Shown here piece by piece: positions 38,401 through 48,753 of a DNA stretch of 64,000 nt. The stretch lies in contig CM119383.1 in NCBI GenBank assembly GCA_051294905.1, positions 24,738,001-24,802,000 on the forward strand. The letters are read 5' to 3'. How positions within the stretch are numbered: the stretch's first letter is position 1; every line of letters begins with the position of its first letter. This DNA is from Botryllus schlosseri (Eukaryota). A model generated the notes under the pieces. The model ran no database searches. It was not told where the DNA came from and saw nothing but the letters and a program-made list of their open reading frames with translations. Made by a program: the position numbers and the translations under genes.

Positions 38401-41400
38401 CTGTTCTGCTACTTCCACTTCAAATAGTTTTAGGCAATACTGATTAAGTTAGTTATTAGTTTTCGGCAATTTTTTGTGTGACATTGTCATGAAAATCGCG
38501 TAAAATAGACGTATCACGGTATGGTAACTGGATCTACTTTAGAGGATTCTATCTATATGTGGTGTAATGAATCGTTCTGCGTTCGTCGTGATATGCGACC
38601 CTTCGATTAAATCTACTTTATCGAACTACTGACTGTAGTTTTCAAACCTTCCATTTTCCACTTGAACTTGTAGTGAAATTTAAGATTTTAACAATGGAGA
38701 ATGCAAAACATGTAAAACATTACTAAAAAAAATGGTAAATTCCAAATGAAGGAATAATGAATTATTGTCGATTTATTCATTTTTATGTCCTGTTCTATTT
38801 AGATGCACCAACCAAGGACATGACCGAGGCTTGGGATAAAGCGGAGTCTTACTTTAAAAAGGCGTATAACATGTTTTTTGAAGTCAATGACTACACTAAC
38901 CAGGTGACATACCGTAGTTTCACATTATCCCAGCGAGTAATATGTTGATAATATTGCAAACTTTATGCCACTCAAAGCTTTTTAACTGTGTCTCTTCTGG
39001 AGTGCAATCGGTTAATGCGGTTAACCATGTTCGAAATATAGGAAGAATTAGGACCTGGTAACCTTATAATAACAGACAATGATGATAATAATAATGTCAA
39101 GTCTTTATCTATTTCAGATTTGGTTAACTGCATTTACTTATCTTCACTCCTGATGAGAGTCTGTCGGAACGCTCGAGTGTAATGACTTGAGCCATATGAA
39201 TAAATAGGAGTTGCCTAATAAAATCTGTGTATTTCAGGCTCTTGTACTTTCAAACCGCGGTCGGCTAATGAGAGTTTCGGCACAGTTTCATTACAACGAG
39301 GGAGACTCATCTCTCTCCTCCGAGGAGAGATCCAGTTTTGAATGCGCTATTAATAATTATGTCAAGGTAAGGAACATGACTATACAGCAGTGGTTCCCGA
39401 CCTGTGCTACCCGAATGTCTTCCAGGTGGTACGCGAGTAGATTGTTTATTTTTCGACCGAATGGAGATATTAGTTCATGTGGATTTTGAGTTTTTTGAAG
39501 CTGTCGCCGTCGTGGTGAGGTTGGGGTTGCATTTAAAACAAACATGTTTAAGACAAGGCCCTTTTTTAAAAGATATTTTTTTAAAACATGTCGTCACTCG
39601 TCACGAACATTCAATTGACACCTCATAGTGGATTATAGCTGTTGAATCGACTATGTTGAGGGTTCCAACCATCCCATATCGTATATGTCGGGTCGGCTGT
39701 ATCGGGTGCTAATTGTCCGTAGGCTCATACAAATGTTTTTGGCATGATTTTACAACTTGAAAAAAACTCAATATTGTTTTTTTGAAAGGCATTTGTTTAA
39801 AACGTGTTTAAACAAAGTGTTTTAAACAACCATTTGTTTTGAATGCAACCCTAGGTAAGCTCGATCCCATCAATGACGACCTACGGGGAGGAGACCTAGC
39901 CGTTAAGCATTGGGATTCTCACCTAACCAAATAGCATTTTCATATATTTCACCACGAGCATTCCAAATGGATCCATCACAGAAATGATATGCTGCGCCTT
40001 AAAATGGACAGTTTATTTATTAGGCAGCTAAACAGGGTGGAAATATTTTTACCGATTTTGGCTCGCCTGGTACGCGAGCACTGCATAAACCTCGGAATGG
40101 AAAAAGGTTAGGAACCACTGCTATACAGCATCCCAGTTGTTCAGATATCTTCATTACAGATTGCGGTTCTAAACCTTTAGCTTGGGGAGCAGTGAAAATG
40201 CAAAACAAATCTTGCGTACCGGTGAACCTTCAAAAATCATGCATGACCCGATATGTATCCACGACAAATGTATTCTATTCAAAAGCAAAGGTTGTAAATG
40301 TTGCAAATTTAAGAGACTTATGAATTTGTAACGTGAGAAGGGGTGTCAAACTCGACCTGGGTCGCGGGCCGGATTCAAAAATCATTATCGCTTGCGGGCC
40401 GGGCCAGTGAAATGATTCAAATCCATACCCTTGTTTTTCTTTGGAATGCTTTATTTATTATCAACGCTATGCAAAATAGTATTATATATTATATCACCGA
40501 TCATGTGGGCTCTTTTCGAGCAACACCGTTATCCGTAAACAATGGAATTGGCGAAAATTCAATGATTGGCCGATTGAATACAGATATAAAGCACTAAAAC
40601 GGTGACTCTAACAACGTTATGAGTTGGAATATTTCTATACTGCGCCTTGATCATGATACCTCGTTGGCCCTACATATTCATGGTGAGAAATAGGCTACTA
40701 AAGATTGTAAACGCAGGCGTTTTTTTTATATCGCCTGACCAATTCACCATTCGAGTTTCTCTGGGGACCAGCGCTGGGGCCTTTTGAGTCAGAGTAAGGT
40801 AAACAGAAGTGCGACCAGATATAATTGAATTGTATACTTCCTGTTGCTCCATGTATTTTACAGCGGATCACAACGGTTTCGCATTGTCATTTCCGCCTCT
40901 GTGAATACTATTATTTGGTCCATTTTTTCCAGAAACCTCTGAACTCAGTTTGCACTTTTTTGCATTCTCAGAATGTAATGTCACTGTCAACATCATGGTG
41001 GTTACTTGGGTTAGAACTCAACACTTCGGACATATGGTTATATTGTGGCCTATGAACATGCTCAGCAATACTGTAGGCCTATTGAGGAATTATTTAATAT
41101 ATACGTCGAAGGATTTATTACTAATAATCTCGACTTCTGTTAGAAATGGGCTGGATTATACTGTAAGTTTTTCAATTTGCGGGGAATGGCCTTGGGTGCA
41201 GTATGTTTGACACCCCTGATGTAGAGATATGGTGTATCCTTTGGATTAACATACGTGGTGATACTGCAAGTGCAATACCAAATTCTCATAAACTCTATCC
41301 ATGACTACGATGCAGAGATATATGTAGATTACAAGTAGCAGGGAGTTGTAGAACTAACATCTCCAAATTCTACACTGGGAATAGTGACATATTTCATGAC

Positions 41401-43280
41401 TGAGATTAGTAATGGCCGCGAGGCTGTTCAAATAAATATAAAGTTTTGGAAAACACGCCTCAAGCCGCATCTTTTGAATGTCATCTGAATATGCCGGGGT
41501 TACAGGTGAAGGTGGTAGGTATTGGCTTATCGATGTCGGCTCCTATTGTTGCCATAGTGTTCTGACTCTAGCTGTGGTATATTCCTAGGCACTCACAGTA
41601 TTGGATTCCAAAGCCGTGAAGCAGGATATTGGTGAAAGCGGCCTAATCGCCAAAGAAAATATATCGTGGGAACTGAGCGGGTGCTACATGTCGATGGCGC
41701 AGATTTTGCAAGACGACAGCCACAAACACCATGACACCAGGGAAGATTTGGAGCAAGAAGTAGGAAATGACTTTGTAGCAGGGCTACTCGACACCTTTTC
41801 AGTGTTGAATCTCAATTGTCTCAAGTATATGCTTTGTTTTTTAACAAAAGCAAGCCCATCATTGTTCATTTACGGCGGCGAGTGTACAGATTAGAGCAGA
41901 ATAGATTTCAAGCATCTGTATGGATAATATATTCCTTCACTGTTGCTTTGAAATCCAATAGCAGCTGAGCTCTAATTGAAACTATGGTTTTTGTTGATTG
42001 AATAATACTTTTGGTGTGAAGATATATATTTTCGTTACTAGAAAATAATTTACTCTCACTAACTGTGACTTCCCTGAAATCATAACAATTTATGCTTGAC
42101 TTGTATTCTATAGTATGAGAATCGTTATGGCCAACCCTATTGCAGATGTAAATAAGCTGCCTTTCTGTGATCAAAATTTGATTGTGTCTATTTTATGGCG
42201 GGACAAAATCGTGCACCTAAGTGATTCTATTCTGAATCGAGTATCAGGCTTCGAGCTGAGTATTTGAGTATGCGACCACAAAGTAAATAAAGGCAGTTCT
42301 ACATCACATTATAAAGATAATTTGGTATTTTTCGACTTTACTTATTTCATTTCACTTTATCACAATGCTGTGGGTTGATGATGGCTTCACAAAAATGGCA
42401 TTTCTGGTAACATGCGTAGCTTTGTACAACATGTTTTAGATGCTGTGATACGACCAATCATGGTGTAAAGGATTCCTCATTTGGAAACTGTCAATCCGTC
42501 ATGTGTCGTTTTGAAATCTTTTTTCTTCTCTTCAATTATTTCCATTTTGTCCAGATCATGACGCTTCTGGATAACTCTCTCAAGTATTGCAAGAACATCT
42601 GGAAGGCCACGCCCAAGTCGTCGATCGCACACTACCGGCAATCCAAGATATATCACCGACTCGCCTCGTTGCATCACAGTTCGTTTCGCGCCTGTTCCGA
42701 TCATCGCAAATCCAATCATTTGCGCAATTTAGCAGAGAAATACTACGACAAGGCTCTCGAGATACTCAAAGACTTGGAGCATTACCACGAACTGGTTAGA
42801 GTAGAGCTTGAGAAATTGTCAATGAAGGAATATCACATCAGTACCGTAACGAGCTTAGTTGCGAAATTAAAGCTTTTGCTTGATGGTCTTCAATCGCTAT
42901 CAAAATCCTCGTCAAGCCTTGCAATGATTAAGGACCTGATATCCACATCTTCAGATTCTCAAGTCTCGTTAGCAATTCCATTCGACGCAACGGAATTGTT
43001 TAATTTGTTGAAAATATTTGTTACCATCTTACAGTCATTCTTGTTGTCTCTAATTAAATTGATGTCTTCTCCCACTTTCAAGTATGATAAGCACGTGAAA
43101 TATTTCAAGTCGGCCAGGGATTCGCCTCTCGAAAAGTTAAAGGACGTTTATCGCAAAACATTGACCAGTTCGAAGACTTTTGGAGTTGACGATGACGCTC
43201 CATCTTTTAATGGTACTGCCAACTGGTTAGCTTTGATCGGCAGTGTTTTAGATGATCTCTCTTCTTTGTTTTCGATTTGA
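14428..43280 (+). CDS. EDRF1: Erythroid differentiation-related factor 1 homolog; spliced gene, 21 coding exons, about 1130 aa
   Basis: Exons 14428-14498, 14934-15177, 16529-16646, 17576-17708, 20961-21069, 21342-21472, 22124-22285, 22717-22813, 25618-25764, 26156-26339, 27145-27207, 28521-28630, 33032-33167, 33689-33833, 35396-35496, 35574-35717, 37124-37294, 38803-38903, 39238-39366, 41589-41759, 42555-43280. All introns GT-AG, phases match, total 3393 nt, open to TGA. Motifs recognised from vertebrate EDRF1: VDVVSDAENIKKLLKIPYS, RNILWTFED..GTNMPIFGGGKYPAVSLRLR, TGIDYWLDNLICNVPELVMCFHV, IKDIAQNILSFLKSNCTKEGHTYWLFK, YHRLASLHHS. Small extra exons in variable regions could have been missed. 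Confidence 0.93.
14934..15177 (+). CDS. EDRF1: EDRF1 coding exon 2
   Basis: ttttag|a..SKAVITYS..DLNNAPSNWLR..FSGFAM..VDVVSDAE|GTATGG. Confidence 0.9.
15961..16420 (+). mobile_element. hAT MITE (CAGGGTTGTAA family), EDRF1 intron 2
   Basis: TSD GTAATAAC at 15953-15960 and 16421-16428. Confidence 0.9.
16529..16646 (+). CDS. EDRF1: EDRF1 coding exon 3
   Basis: tttcag|NIKKLLKIPYSNAHTSMAIHRVGRTLLLENFD..|GTAATA. Confidence 0.94.
17165..17375 (-). repeat. Copy of the hammerhead-bearing repeat, antisense in EDRF1 intron 3 (core at 17200-17233)
   Basis: Reverse complement reads gcCTGATGAgtgtcagcCGAAAatatttggg; flanks match 5830-6030. Confidence 0.7.
17576..17708 (+). CDS. EDRF1: EDRF1 coding exon 4
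   Basis: ttttcag|..SEWTWFRDFYRE..MLSKFLYY|GTAGGC. Confidence 0.9.
17868..18466 (+). mobile_element. hAT (Charlie-like) MITE
   Basis: cagtagttctcaacc / tttgagaaccgctg; TSD GTCTAAAG at 17860-17867 and 18467-18474. Confidence 0.85.
19127..19338 (-). mobile_element. MITE derived from the 49642-52187 hAT family
   Basis: Ends tagggctgggcaca / tgtccagcccaa; TSD CTCATAAC / CTCATCAC (7/8). Confidence 0.8.
20961..21069 (+). CDS. EDRF1: EDRF1 coding exon 5
   Basis: Strong acceptor ttttttcacag, IPRLPNILKPDHFAQ..PQGSQ|GTTTGC; bridges phase 2 to 0; little homology (variable region). Confidence 0.65.
21342..21472 (+). CDS. EDRF1: EDRF1 coding exon 6
   Basis: ctgcag|TFDD..ERNILWTFEDLKMILGTNMPIFGGGKYPAVSLRL|GTAAGT. 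Confidence 0.95.
22124..22285 (+). CDS. EDRF1: EDRF1 coding exon 7
   Basis: ttttcag|..DSQKPINILTGIDYWLDNLICNVPELVMCFHVEGIVQNYEFIKTEDIP..|GTAATG. Confidence 0.95.
22717..22813 (+). CDS. EDRF1: EDRF1 coding exon 8
   Basis: cttcag|..FSPQVIKDIAQNILSFLKSNCTKEGHTYWLFK|GTAAGG. Confidence 0.95.
22887..23347 (+). mobile_element. hAT MITE (CAGGGTTGTAA family), EDRF1 intron 8
   Basis: TSD ATATAAAT at 22879-22886 and 23348-23355. Confidence 0.92.
23866..24556 (-). mobile_element. 5'-truncated Penelope-like retroelement (GIY-YIG endonuclease ORF 24129-24560)
   Basis: NVVYQYKCHCDSRYVGRTSQRLFERIKQH..LKVLESTIIQLSKPILC; 11-bp direct repeat ACAAAAAATCC at 23855-23865 and 24557-24567. Confidence 0.88.
23904..23938 (-). 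ncRNA. Variant-core hammerhead-like motif in the Penelope 3' region
   Basis: actc-TTGAAAA-gaggcaccc-GAA-AAGTCTT-C-gagt; stem I actc/gagt. Confidence 0.5.
24636..25320. mobile_element. 685-bp palindromic MITE with AGCTAAT tandem subrepeats (8-bp TSD, GG termini; superfamily unassigned, Merlin- or MULE-like)
   Basis: gg(c/g)tgcctttattttgtacatgcaagctaatg TIR; TSD GCGCAGAC at 24628-24635 and 25321-25328. Confidence 0.85.
25618..25764 (+). CDS. EDRF1: EDRF1 coding exon 9
   Basis: ttgcag|GSGDDVIKLYDLSTLC..NPYVISVAMLLYKTAMNLMQ|GTAATT. Confidence 0.93.
26156..26339 (+). CDS. EDRF1: EDRF1 coding exon 10
   Basis: caacag|SQDS..TVRKLLLHCVQLLDQTKHQEVAGHAACLLSSLF..|GTAAGT. Confidence 0.88.
27145..27207 (+). 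CDS. EDRF1: EDRF1 coding exon 11
   Basis: tttgtag|..SYSHPKDWKTCDTCAAYSEA|GTCAGT; phase 1/1, supported by splice signals only. Confidence 0.6.
28521..28630 (+). CDS. EDRF1: EDRF1 coding exon 12
   Basis: tttcag|..EVEKDCLESLRHIVMGFDILLGDPQ|GTGAAT; similar to EERCRLVLSYVLEGL. Confidence 0.8.
31760..32340 (-). pseudogene. Possible highly decayed ZMYM1-like hAT transposase fragment in EDRF1 intron 12
   Basis: LCARSEIAA..NDRGMFTE resembles the CARQxIAxRGxxE..NRGNFxE motif; many stops. Confidence 0.3.
33032..33167 (+). CDS. EDRF1: EDRF1 coding exon 13
   Basis: aatcag|TNGNKLLCDLTKNASIAYFKLAEKANIVGKLGSALKRSRLALRCC|GTAAAG. Confidence 0.8.
33689..33833 (+). CDS. EDRF1: EDRF1 coding exon 14
   Basis: tttcag|..NLLSLCGEVQLKL..|GTAGGA; similar to YLTLCGDIQLML. 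Confidence 0.82.
35396..35496 (+). CDS. EDRF1: EDRF1 coding exon 15
   Basis: tttcag|..ASSDPKMSHFEELDSAVEYEAAILKSL..|GTGAGT. Confidence 0.8.
35574..35717 (+). CDS. EDRF1: EDRF1 coding exon 16
   Basis: 77-bp upstream intron; DMLCALSVCAECYETALEL similar to DLESQLSVSCKCYEAANEI; donor GTGAGC. Confidence 0.82.
35765..36398 (+). mobile_element. Older copy of the CAGTGTTGGGA hAT MITE family
   Basis: Matches 1235-2181; TSD CTTTTTAG / CTTCTTAG. Confidence 0.75.
37124..37294 (+). CDS. EDRF1: EDRF1 coding exon 17
   Basis: gacag|..IIRRNGHVLNELGACMLN..|GTGAGT. Confidence 0.85.
38803..38903 (+). CDS. EDRF1: EDRF1 coding exon 18
   Basis: atttag|..EAWDKAESYFKKAYNMFFEVNDYTNQ|GTGACA. Confidence 0.86.
39145..39179 (+). 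ncRNA. Minimal type-I hammerhead-like motif with a core substitution, EDRF1 intron 18
   Basis: cactc-CTGATGA-gagtctgtc-GGAA-cgc-TC-gagtg; 5-bp stem I; GGAA instead of GAAA. Confidence 0.5.
39238..39366 (+). CDS. EDRF1: EDRF1 coding exon 19
   Basis: tttcag|ALVLSNRGRLMRVSAQ..AINNYVK|GTAAGG. Confidence 0.9.
39522..39853. mobile_element. hAT-type MITE (TAGGGTTGCATT TIR)
   Basis: gggttgcatttaaaacaaa / tttgttttgaatgcaacccta; TSD GGTGAGGT / GGTAAGCT (6/8). Confidence 0.7.
40338..41218. mobile_element. Charlie-like hAT MITE (CAGGGGTGTCAAAC TIR)
   Basis: ggggtgtcaaac / gtttgacacccctg; TSD degenerate. Confidence 0.65.
41589..41759 (+). CDS. EDRF1: EDRF1 coding exon 20
   Basis: cctag|ALTVL..ISWELSGCYMSMAQILQD..DLEQE|GTAGGA. 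Confidence 0.88.
42555..43280 (+). CDS. EDRF1: EDRF1 terminal coding exon 21
   Basis: gtccag|IMTLLDNSLKYC..IYHRLASLHHS..ELVRVELE..TGA; lies within the 259-aa ORF of the track. Confidence 0.93.
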   Translation: MMTLLDNSLKYCKNIWKATPKSSIAHYRQSKIYHRLASLHHSSFRACSDHRKSNHLRNLAEKYYDKALEILKDLEHYHELVRVELEKLSMKEYHISTVTSLVAKLKLLLDGLQSLSKSSSSLAMIKDLISTSSDSQVSLAIPFDATELFNLLKIFVTILQSFLLSLIKLMSSPTFKYDKHVKYFKSARDSPLEKLKDVYRKTLTSSKTFGVDDDAPSFNGTANWLALIGSVLDDLSSLFSI

Positions 43281-43296
43281 TATATAACATGCATTG

Positions 43297-43302
43297 AATA
43301 AA
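43297..43302 (+). promoter_or_regulatory. Candidate polyadenylation signal of EDRF1
   Basis: AATAAA 16 nt after the stop codon. Confidence 0.55.
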
Positions 43303-45594
43303 GGTAAAAGCTGACTGACTATGTGTGTGGTGTAGGTTGCTGCAACAAAACTCTACAGAGTTTCTTGTGCTGCTTACCAAAGTGATGATGGTTTTCGACT
43401 ACTTCCACTGCGATTTATGAATATAATTAACATGACAGCATGGCGAAATTGCGGCAGTATGATGGTAACTGTAATCTATTCTAGAATTGCACCTATTCAT
43501 AGCGTCATCGGCCATTTTTAGCTGATCACCAAGATGCATTCAGCAATTTTGAAAGTAGTCACCTCTGAAGGACTGCTAAATAGTATAGGACCCATCAACT
43601 TTTTAGGCTTATGGCACCAGTGCATGCTATGGCATGAGAATTTTAAATACTCCATACACGCTCCGATCGTTTCGTTCCGTACCGTACTTAACAATTTTCT
43701 ATACCATAGCAACGTCTTTCCATACCATATTTGATACTTTTTCCATACATTTGCAACTTGCCCAATGCCCGACCTCTCAAGTGATATTATATTTTTGATG
43801 TATGGAATTTATCCGGGGTTTCTATTCGAATTATTTGTGATGAAATTATCCTTTTAAATAGCGCTGATGTACCAATGATATGCCCAGTTTCTTTATATTA
43901 TTTGTCGTCAGAGATGTAGTGCAGTGACGTGGCGTGAGTATGGAAAATTTCAAAAATACATCGCGAGAGAAGAGGTGAGGCACGACCCGCCCGTGCCTCA
44001 CCTGCGACAATGCAATTCATCATAAACGGCTCAGAATTTAAGACAACGGGAGGAGGAATATATGTAACTGGTCTTAATCAAAAGCTAGTGCTTATACTGA
44101 TTCTGAAAATACAAATTAAAATCTTGTCAGGGCAATGAAACCACTGCGAAACAACCCTCAAATTCTGAAAGTCGGCTTGGTTTAAACCAGTGGTTCCCAA
44201 CTTTTTTTAACTCATCGTCCCCTTTTCAAGCTCCACGCCGATGATCGCCCCCCCCCCCCAGATTTTGTGAACCGAAAAATCGGTATACAATCTGTGATCA
44301 TCGGTGGGTTGACTAAAAAAACTTTTCGGCTCGATGTCGAATTTTACACTTTTGCAACTAAATTTCCGTGGGTTGACTAAACTAAAGGTAATTTCTACGA
44401 CTTGACTCCTATATAGCCATCCTTTCAACATCCGACAGTGTTCATGGATATCTTGAACGCAACAGAGAGCTCATAATCCAGACCGGAAACAGTGGTTGTT
44501 TAGGTCAATAAGTTGCGCATGACAGAAGGTGTACTTGCATAGAATAATTAAGAATGAAGCAAAGTTGTGTGTAAACTTGCCACCAATTCCACTCACGCTC
44601 ATAATCATCACTGGATTTACTCATCTTCACTGAAACTCCTCTGGGTTCAATGTCCAACTGCTGTAATTCAATCCATACGGTAGTCAACGCACCAGAATGT
44701 CAAAGAAAAAGTTGAAGTGACTGTACTTGAAAAAAGTACCGATACCATATTCAATGGATTTATCACCAGAATGATGGTGGTTGCTTTTCACTATCAACTA
44801 TCAAGTAGGCTATGCTTCTTTCAATAACGGATGAATCACTATAGATTCAGCTATCCCCTTTTCCAAATTGTTGAATTGTCAGAATAAGATGCCGTGACTG
44901 ATGACTCTACAGTTTATTCTTTTGCAACAGCTTTTGACACTGACGTCTCTTCTGCAACCTCTTTCATTGAAAACAGTTTCATTGAAAACAGATGAGGCTG
45001 CCTCAATTGAAGTTTCATCAGCTTCATGGTAATTCAAACGCATGATTTTTATATGTTGTAGGACCTCACAGCCTCATTTCATAATTTTCCATACCACACA
45101 ACACTCATGGGTGAACTGATTTACTGCAGGGGAAGCAGGAAAAATTATGTTGGTGAACTGATATTCTGCAGACAACTTTTCCAGGACCAGGCATCCTCCA
45201 TACCTCTTCTTCGTAAACGGAACCATCCTTTCGATAACTTTCTGTTTCTAATTGATGCATCTTTTGATATCAGATGACTATCCCCCTTAGGCAATGAGGA
45301 ATATAACAACAGCCATATCATACGACTCTAGAAAATTAACAGCAATGTAAGCTACCTGGATGTCAATGTCAATCACGAGGACAACACGCCAAGAAATAGC
45401 ATCATTATCGTCGACTAACAGCTATTTGATATCCATATGGATAATTTATTTAGATATGGATAGTTTCACCATCCTCGTCGCACCTCAAGAGACGAAATTG
45501 GGTCCATGTTTAGCCCAATCCCACAGTAAAGCATATAGCAACAAAACAGATTTGGGTCGAGTTATCTTTATCGCCTCCGCGTGTCCAAAATGAA

Positions 45595-48460
45595 GTGGAA
45601 CTCCCCAAGCTGGCTGAGAAGTCAAAAAAGAAACGGCTCGCAGAAAAATCTACTTCGCCGAAAATCGGTCAAGTACAAAATTCAAACAGTGAACAAGATC
45701 CCAAGCCAAGTGTCCAAACCGTGATGCAAACCATGGAACCAACGAATTTATTCAGTATTACACCTGGTACGGTAGCTACAAACGGGAATAATATACCCAT
45801 GGATTCGGAAATAAATATGAACAATTTGTCGTCGACATTACAGGAGATTCTGGACAAAATGAATGAAATCGATTTGGCGGTGTGGACCAATAATAGGCAA
45901 CAGAACGACTCAAAACGCATCTTTAATGATATCGAGGAATCGGAAACGCCGTTCGAATTGATATCATAAAAAAGCAAAGTGTTGACTGAAATTGAGGGTT
46001 CCGGATTTATCGTCAAGCACGGCGGGGATGTGACGAAAGGAGGGGGATAATTATGTGTACCCTCTGCCATGACTACGTTAGTGAATCGAAGCTCTCGAAG
46101 AAGATGATGGACCGCGGATTTGTCTGGGGTATAGATTACCCACAAAAAAATTGCGGAATTCATACATGGAGGCAATGAGTCATGGCGGAATTTTAAATGC
46201 CGAATGACCCAGCATCTGATGTGCTCGGCAGATCGTGCTTGGGGCTGACCGGCTTACAGCATTTCAACGCTCTATCTATTGCATCGCCAGCGAAATGACG
46301 AAATTACCAAAATAATTTCAAAAATCACGGCAAATAAAATACGCTGCGCTCTCACCACGATTTAAGTAAAAAGCGCAGCATTGCATTACGAGAGTCATAT
46401 AGCACTACTACATGCGTGTGAGGCGCGTGTTGGAGATGTCGGTCATGGTCGAAAACAATGCAATGAGATTGTCAATACTCTCTGTATGCATATGCTCACA
46501 AAAAAATAAACATCTTCTTTGCCAAGAATTGCCATCTACTGGGATCCCTCCACATTTTGCCACTGCGTCAGACAAATCAACTCCTGACAGAACGAGTAAC
46601 CATGCTATAATGGTAGTAACCATGTACAAGGGGAAAAAATCCATACCAATGCCGCACCCACCGTGTACAATGTCACCTCTGACGGTGCGGTTATTGGTGC
46701 CAGCTGACCTTGCTCACCAAGTTGTAAATGCATTGAAATGCAACATAAAGCTTGAGACGGACATGCTATCCAGACTGGTGTCTCATCAAGCAGACGGGCA
46801 GTACGTGCATCAGGCTTTAAACAAGCCTTGCTCTCAGCTGCGCACTCCAACGCCTGCATGACAGCGCAATCTGAGAGATATTTTGTCGTTGTGTGGGATG
46901 TGGCTCATTGGATGGACTTGTGCTTTACGAGTCTTAAAGAAAATGGCGAGACTATGTTTACCAAATTTATATCCCGCTGCATTAACGAATTTGCCCATAT
47001 GTTCGGGATAGGAAAGGGATACGCGGAGTATAAAATAAGTCATGGAAAGAAGCTTCAATTATCATTGAACGTCATCCAGACGTTCTCCAACACAAGATTT
47101 TCCAGCAGCTCTTGACCAATTTCAAAATATATATAAAAATGATTCTGCGCTCATTGAAACTTTCAATGAGACGCGTAACTTTGGCGATGATTGCGACGAA
47201 ACGAGATTTAAGGTGAGTGGCCGCGATTTTGCCATCGATCTATGTGGAGTCTTAGATTTTCTATCTCCGGTTATGAACGTCAAGGTAAAAATGCAATCAA
47301 ATAATACGAATAGCCTACATGGGACATCATTCGCATTAGGACGCGACTTGAACAAATTCTACTGATGAAAATTGACGAGCTGAAAAATTCCGACCGATCA
47401 GAACGCCCCAATGCCGAAATCTTCCCTAAGCTCCTTCGCCACTGGCATGACCTAATTGTCGAGGATGCGGAAAAATGTAAATTTCAAGGTCAAGGATTGC
47501 TAGAAGGGTGGCTGGTGTCGCAAACCGTCGTAAAAAGTAAAAAGATTCGGCAATATACACATACACGGATAGAAAGATGTCCAGAGGATTGCATCAAAGA
47601 CCTTTGCGACATGACAGAAGCTCTTGTGAGGACAGTTAATACTCGATTCCACATGTGTATTCCAGCAGCTGCGCACGAACTCGCCAATTGCTTTGACGCG
47701 CACAAAGCAATCGAAAATGCGATTATCGAGTCTGCGCCCTTATCCTCGACGAGCTATGTTAATTGGAAAAGAACGGACTGGCAGAGTTTTCTAACATTTT
47801 CGAGTATGTTTGCTCATTGAAACATGTAGCAGCATTGTATCAAGAAGACCGCTCTCTAGACCGCAGCTGTCATTGGATCCTGTTCTTGGCGATCGAGTTT
47901 GGATCAGGTCGCGCGAGATTATTCACTCGGTGTTGTTTAACGACTTTGCCAATTGCCGCCATGAATGGTTTGAATGTGAAACCGCAGAACGCGCCATACC
48001 AAGCGACAGACCTTTGGATGCTATCGAAGTGATTCGTCCAAATTTTGAAATTTAAAATAAATACCAACCAAGATTCGGACACGATGAGGTGTATAGATGT
48101 CGACTTAAAGAATATGAATTTTATAAATCGTTTTACCAAAATGAGGACTTTTTTGGTGCTGTTGGCAAAGAGTTTTTCATTTCACTGGTACGTAGCTTCA
48201 AACATGGGGGGCTCCGAAGCTGTGGTAGAGTCATTTTACTCTGTAATGAAATGCCAGAAAAAATCCGGTGGCCAACAAAATGAAACGTTGGCATAGAGAT
48301 CAATAGTAGATTGGGTGTTTCCAATGCCAATACAAATTCCCGATACTGTTGATGAAATCGCCAAACTGAAGATTTACCCCCACATCTTTGATGGACGAGG
48401 ACGAAAGCAGGCAGTCAGGGAACCAAGCAAAGTTATTGCTCGCTTGTCACAAAAAAGAGA
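45595..48460 (+). pseudogene. Frameshifted transposase relic of a divergent hAT-like lineage
   Basis: CTLC..WRNFKCRMTQHL, KSAALHYE, ASDKSTP, ADGQY, WDVAH (CxxH-like), NTRFSSS (TRW-like), SEAVVESFYSVM (hAT dimerisation-like) spread over several frames. Confidence 0.65.
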
Positions 48461-48753
48461 CTCTTTTGTTGCAGCACCGGGCGATATGTAACCTGCCTTT
48501 AGGAATACAGAATTCGTTTCCGTATGTATAATCTGTTGTCTTTATTCGTTTCGTTCATGGTTTCATTAGAAATTAAATGAACACGTTTATTTACCTGATA
48601 CGCACCTGATAATTTCGTGCTTTTCTCTGTCCTATACAAACTAGATAGAATTTTATCAACTGCAGTTGGAGCTCAAGATCCGTGTGACGTCACAGCCTGA
48701 GGCCTAGGTAGTCTTAGATTATAGATAACTAACCGACGGAGGTTAGTTATTAC

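Noticed and set aside
44500-45300. Possible decayed minus-strand coding sequence
   Set aside because: Only short open stretches without a recognisable motif
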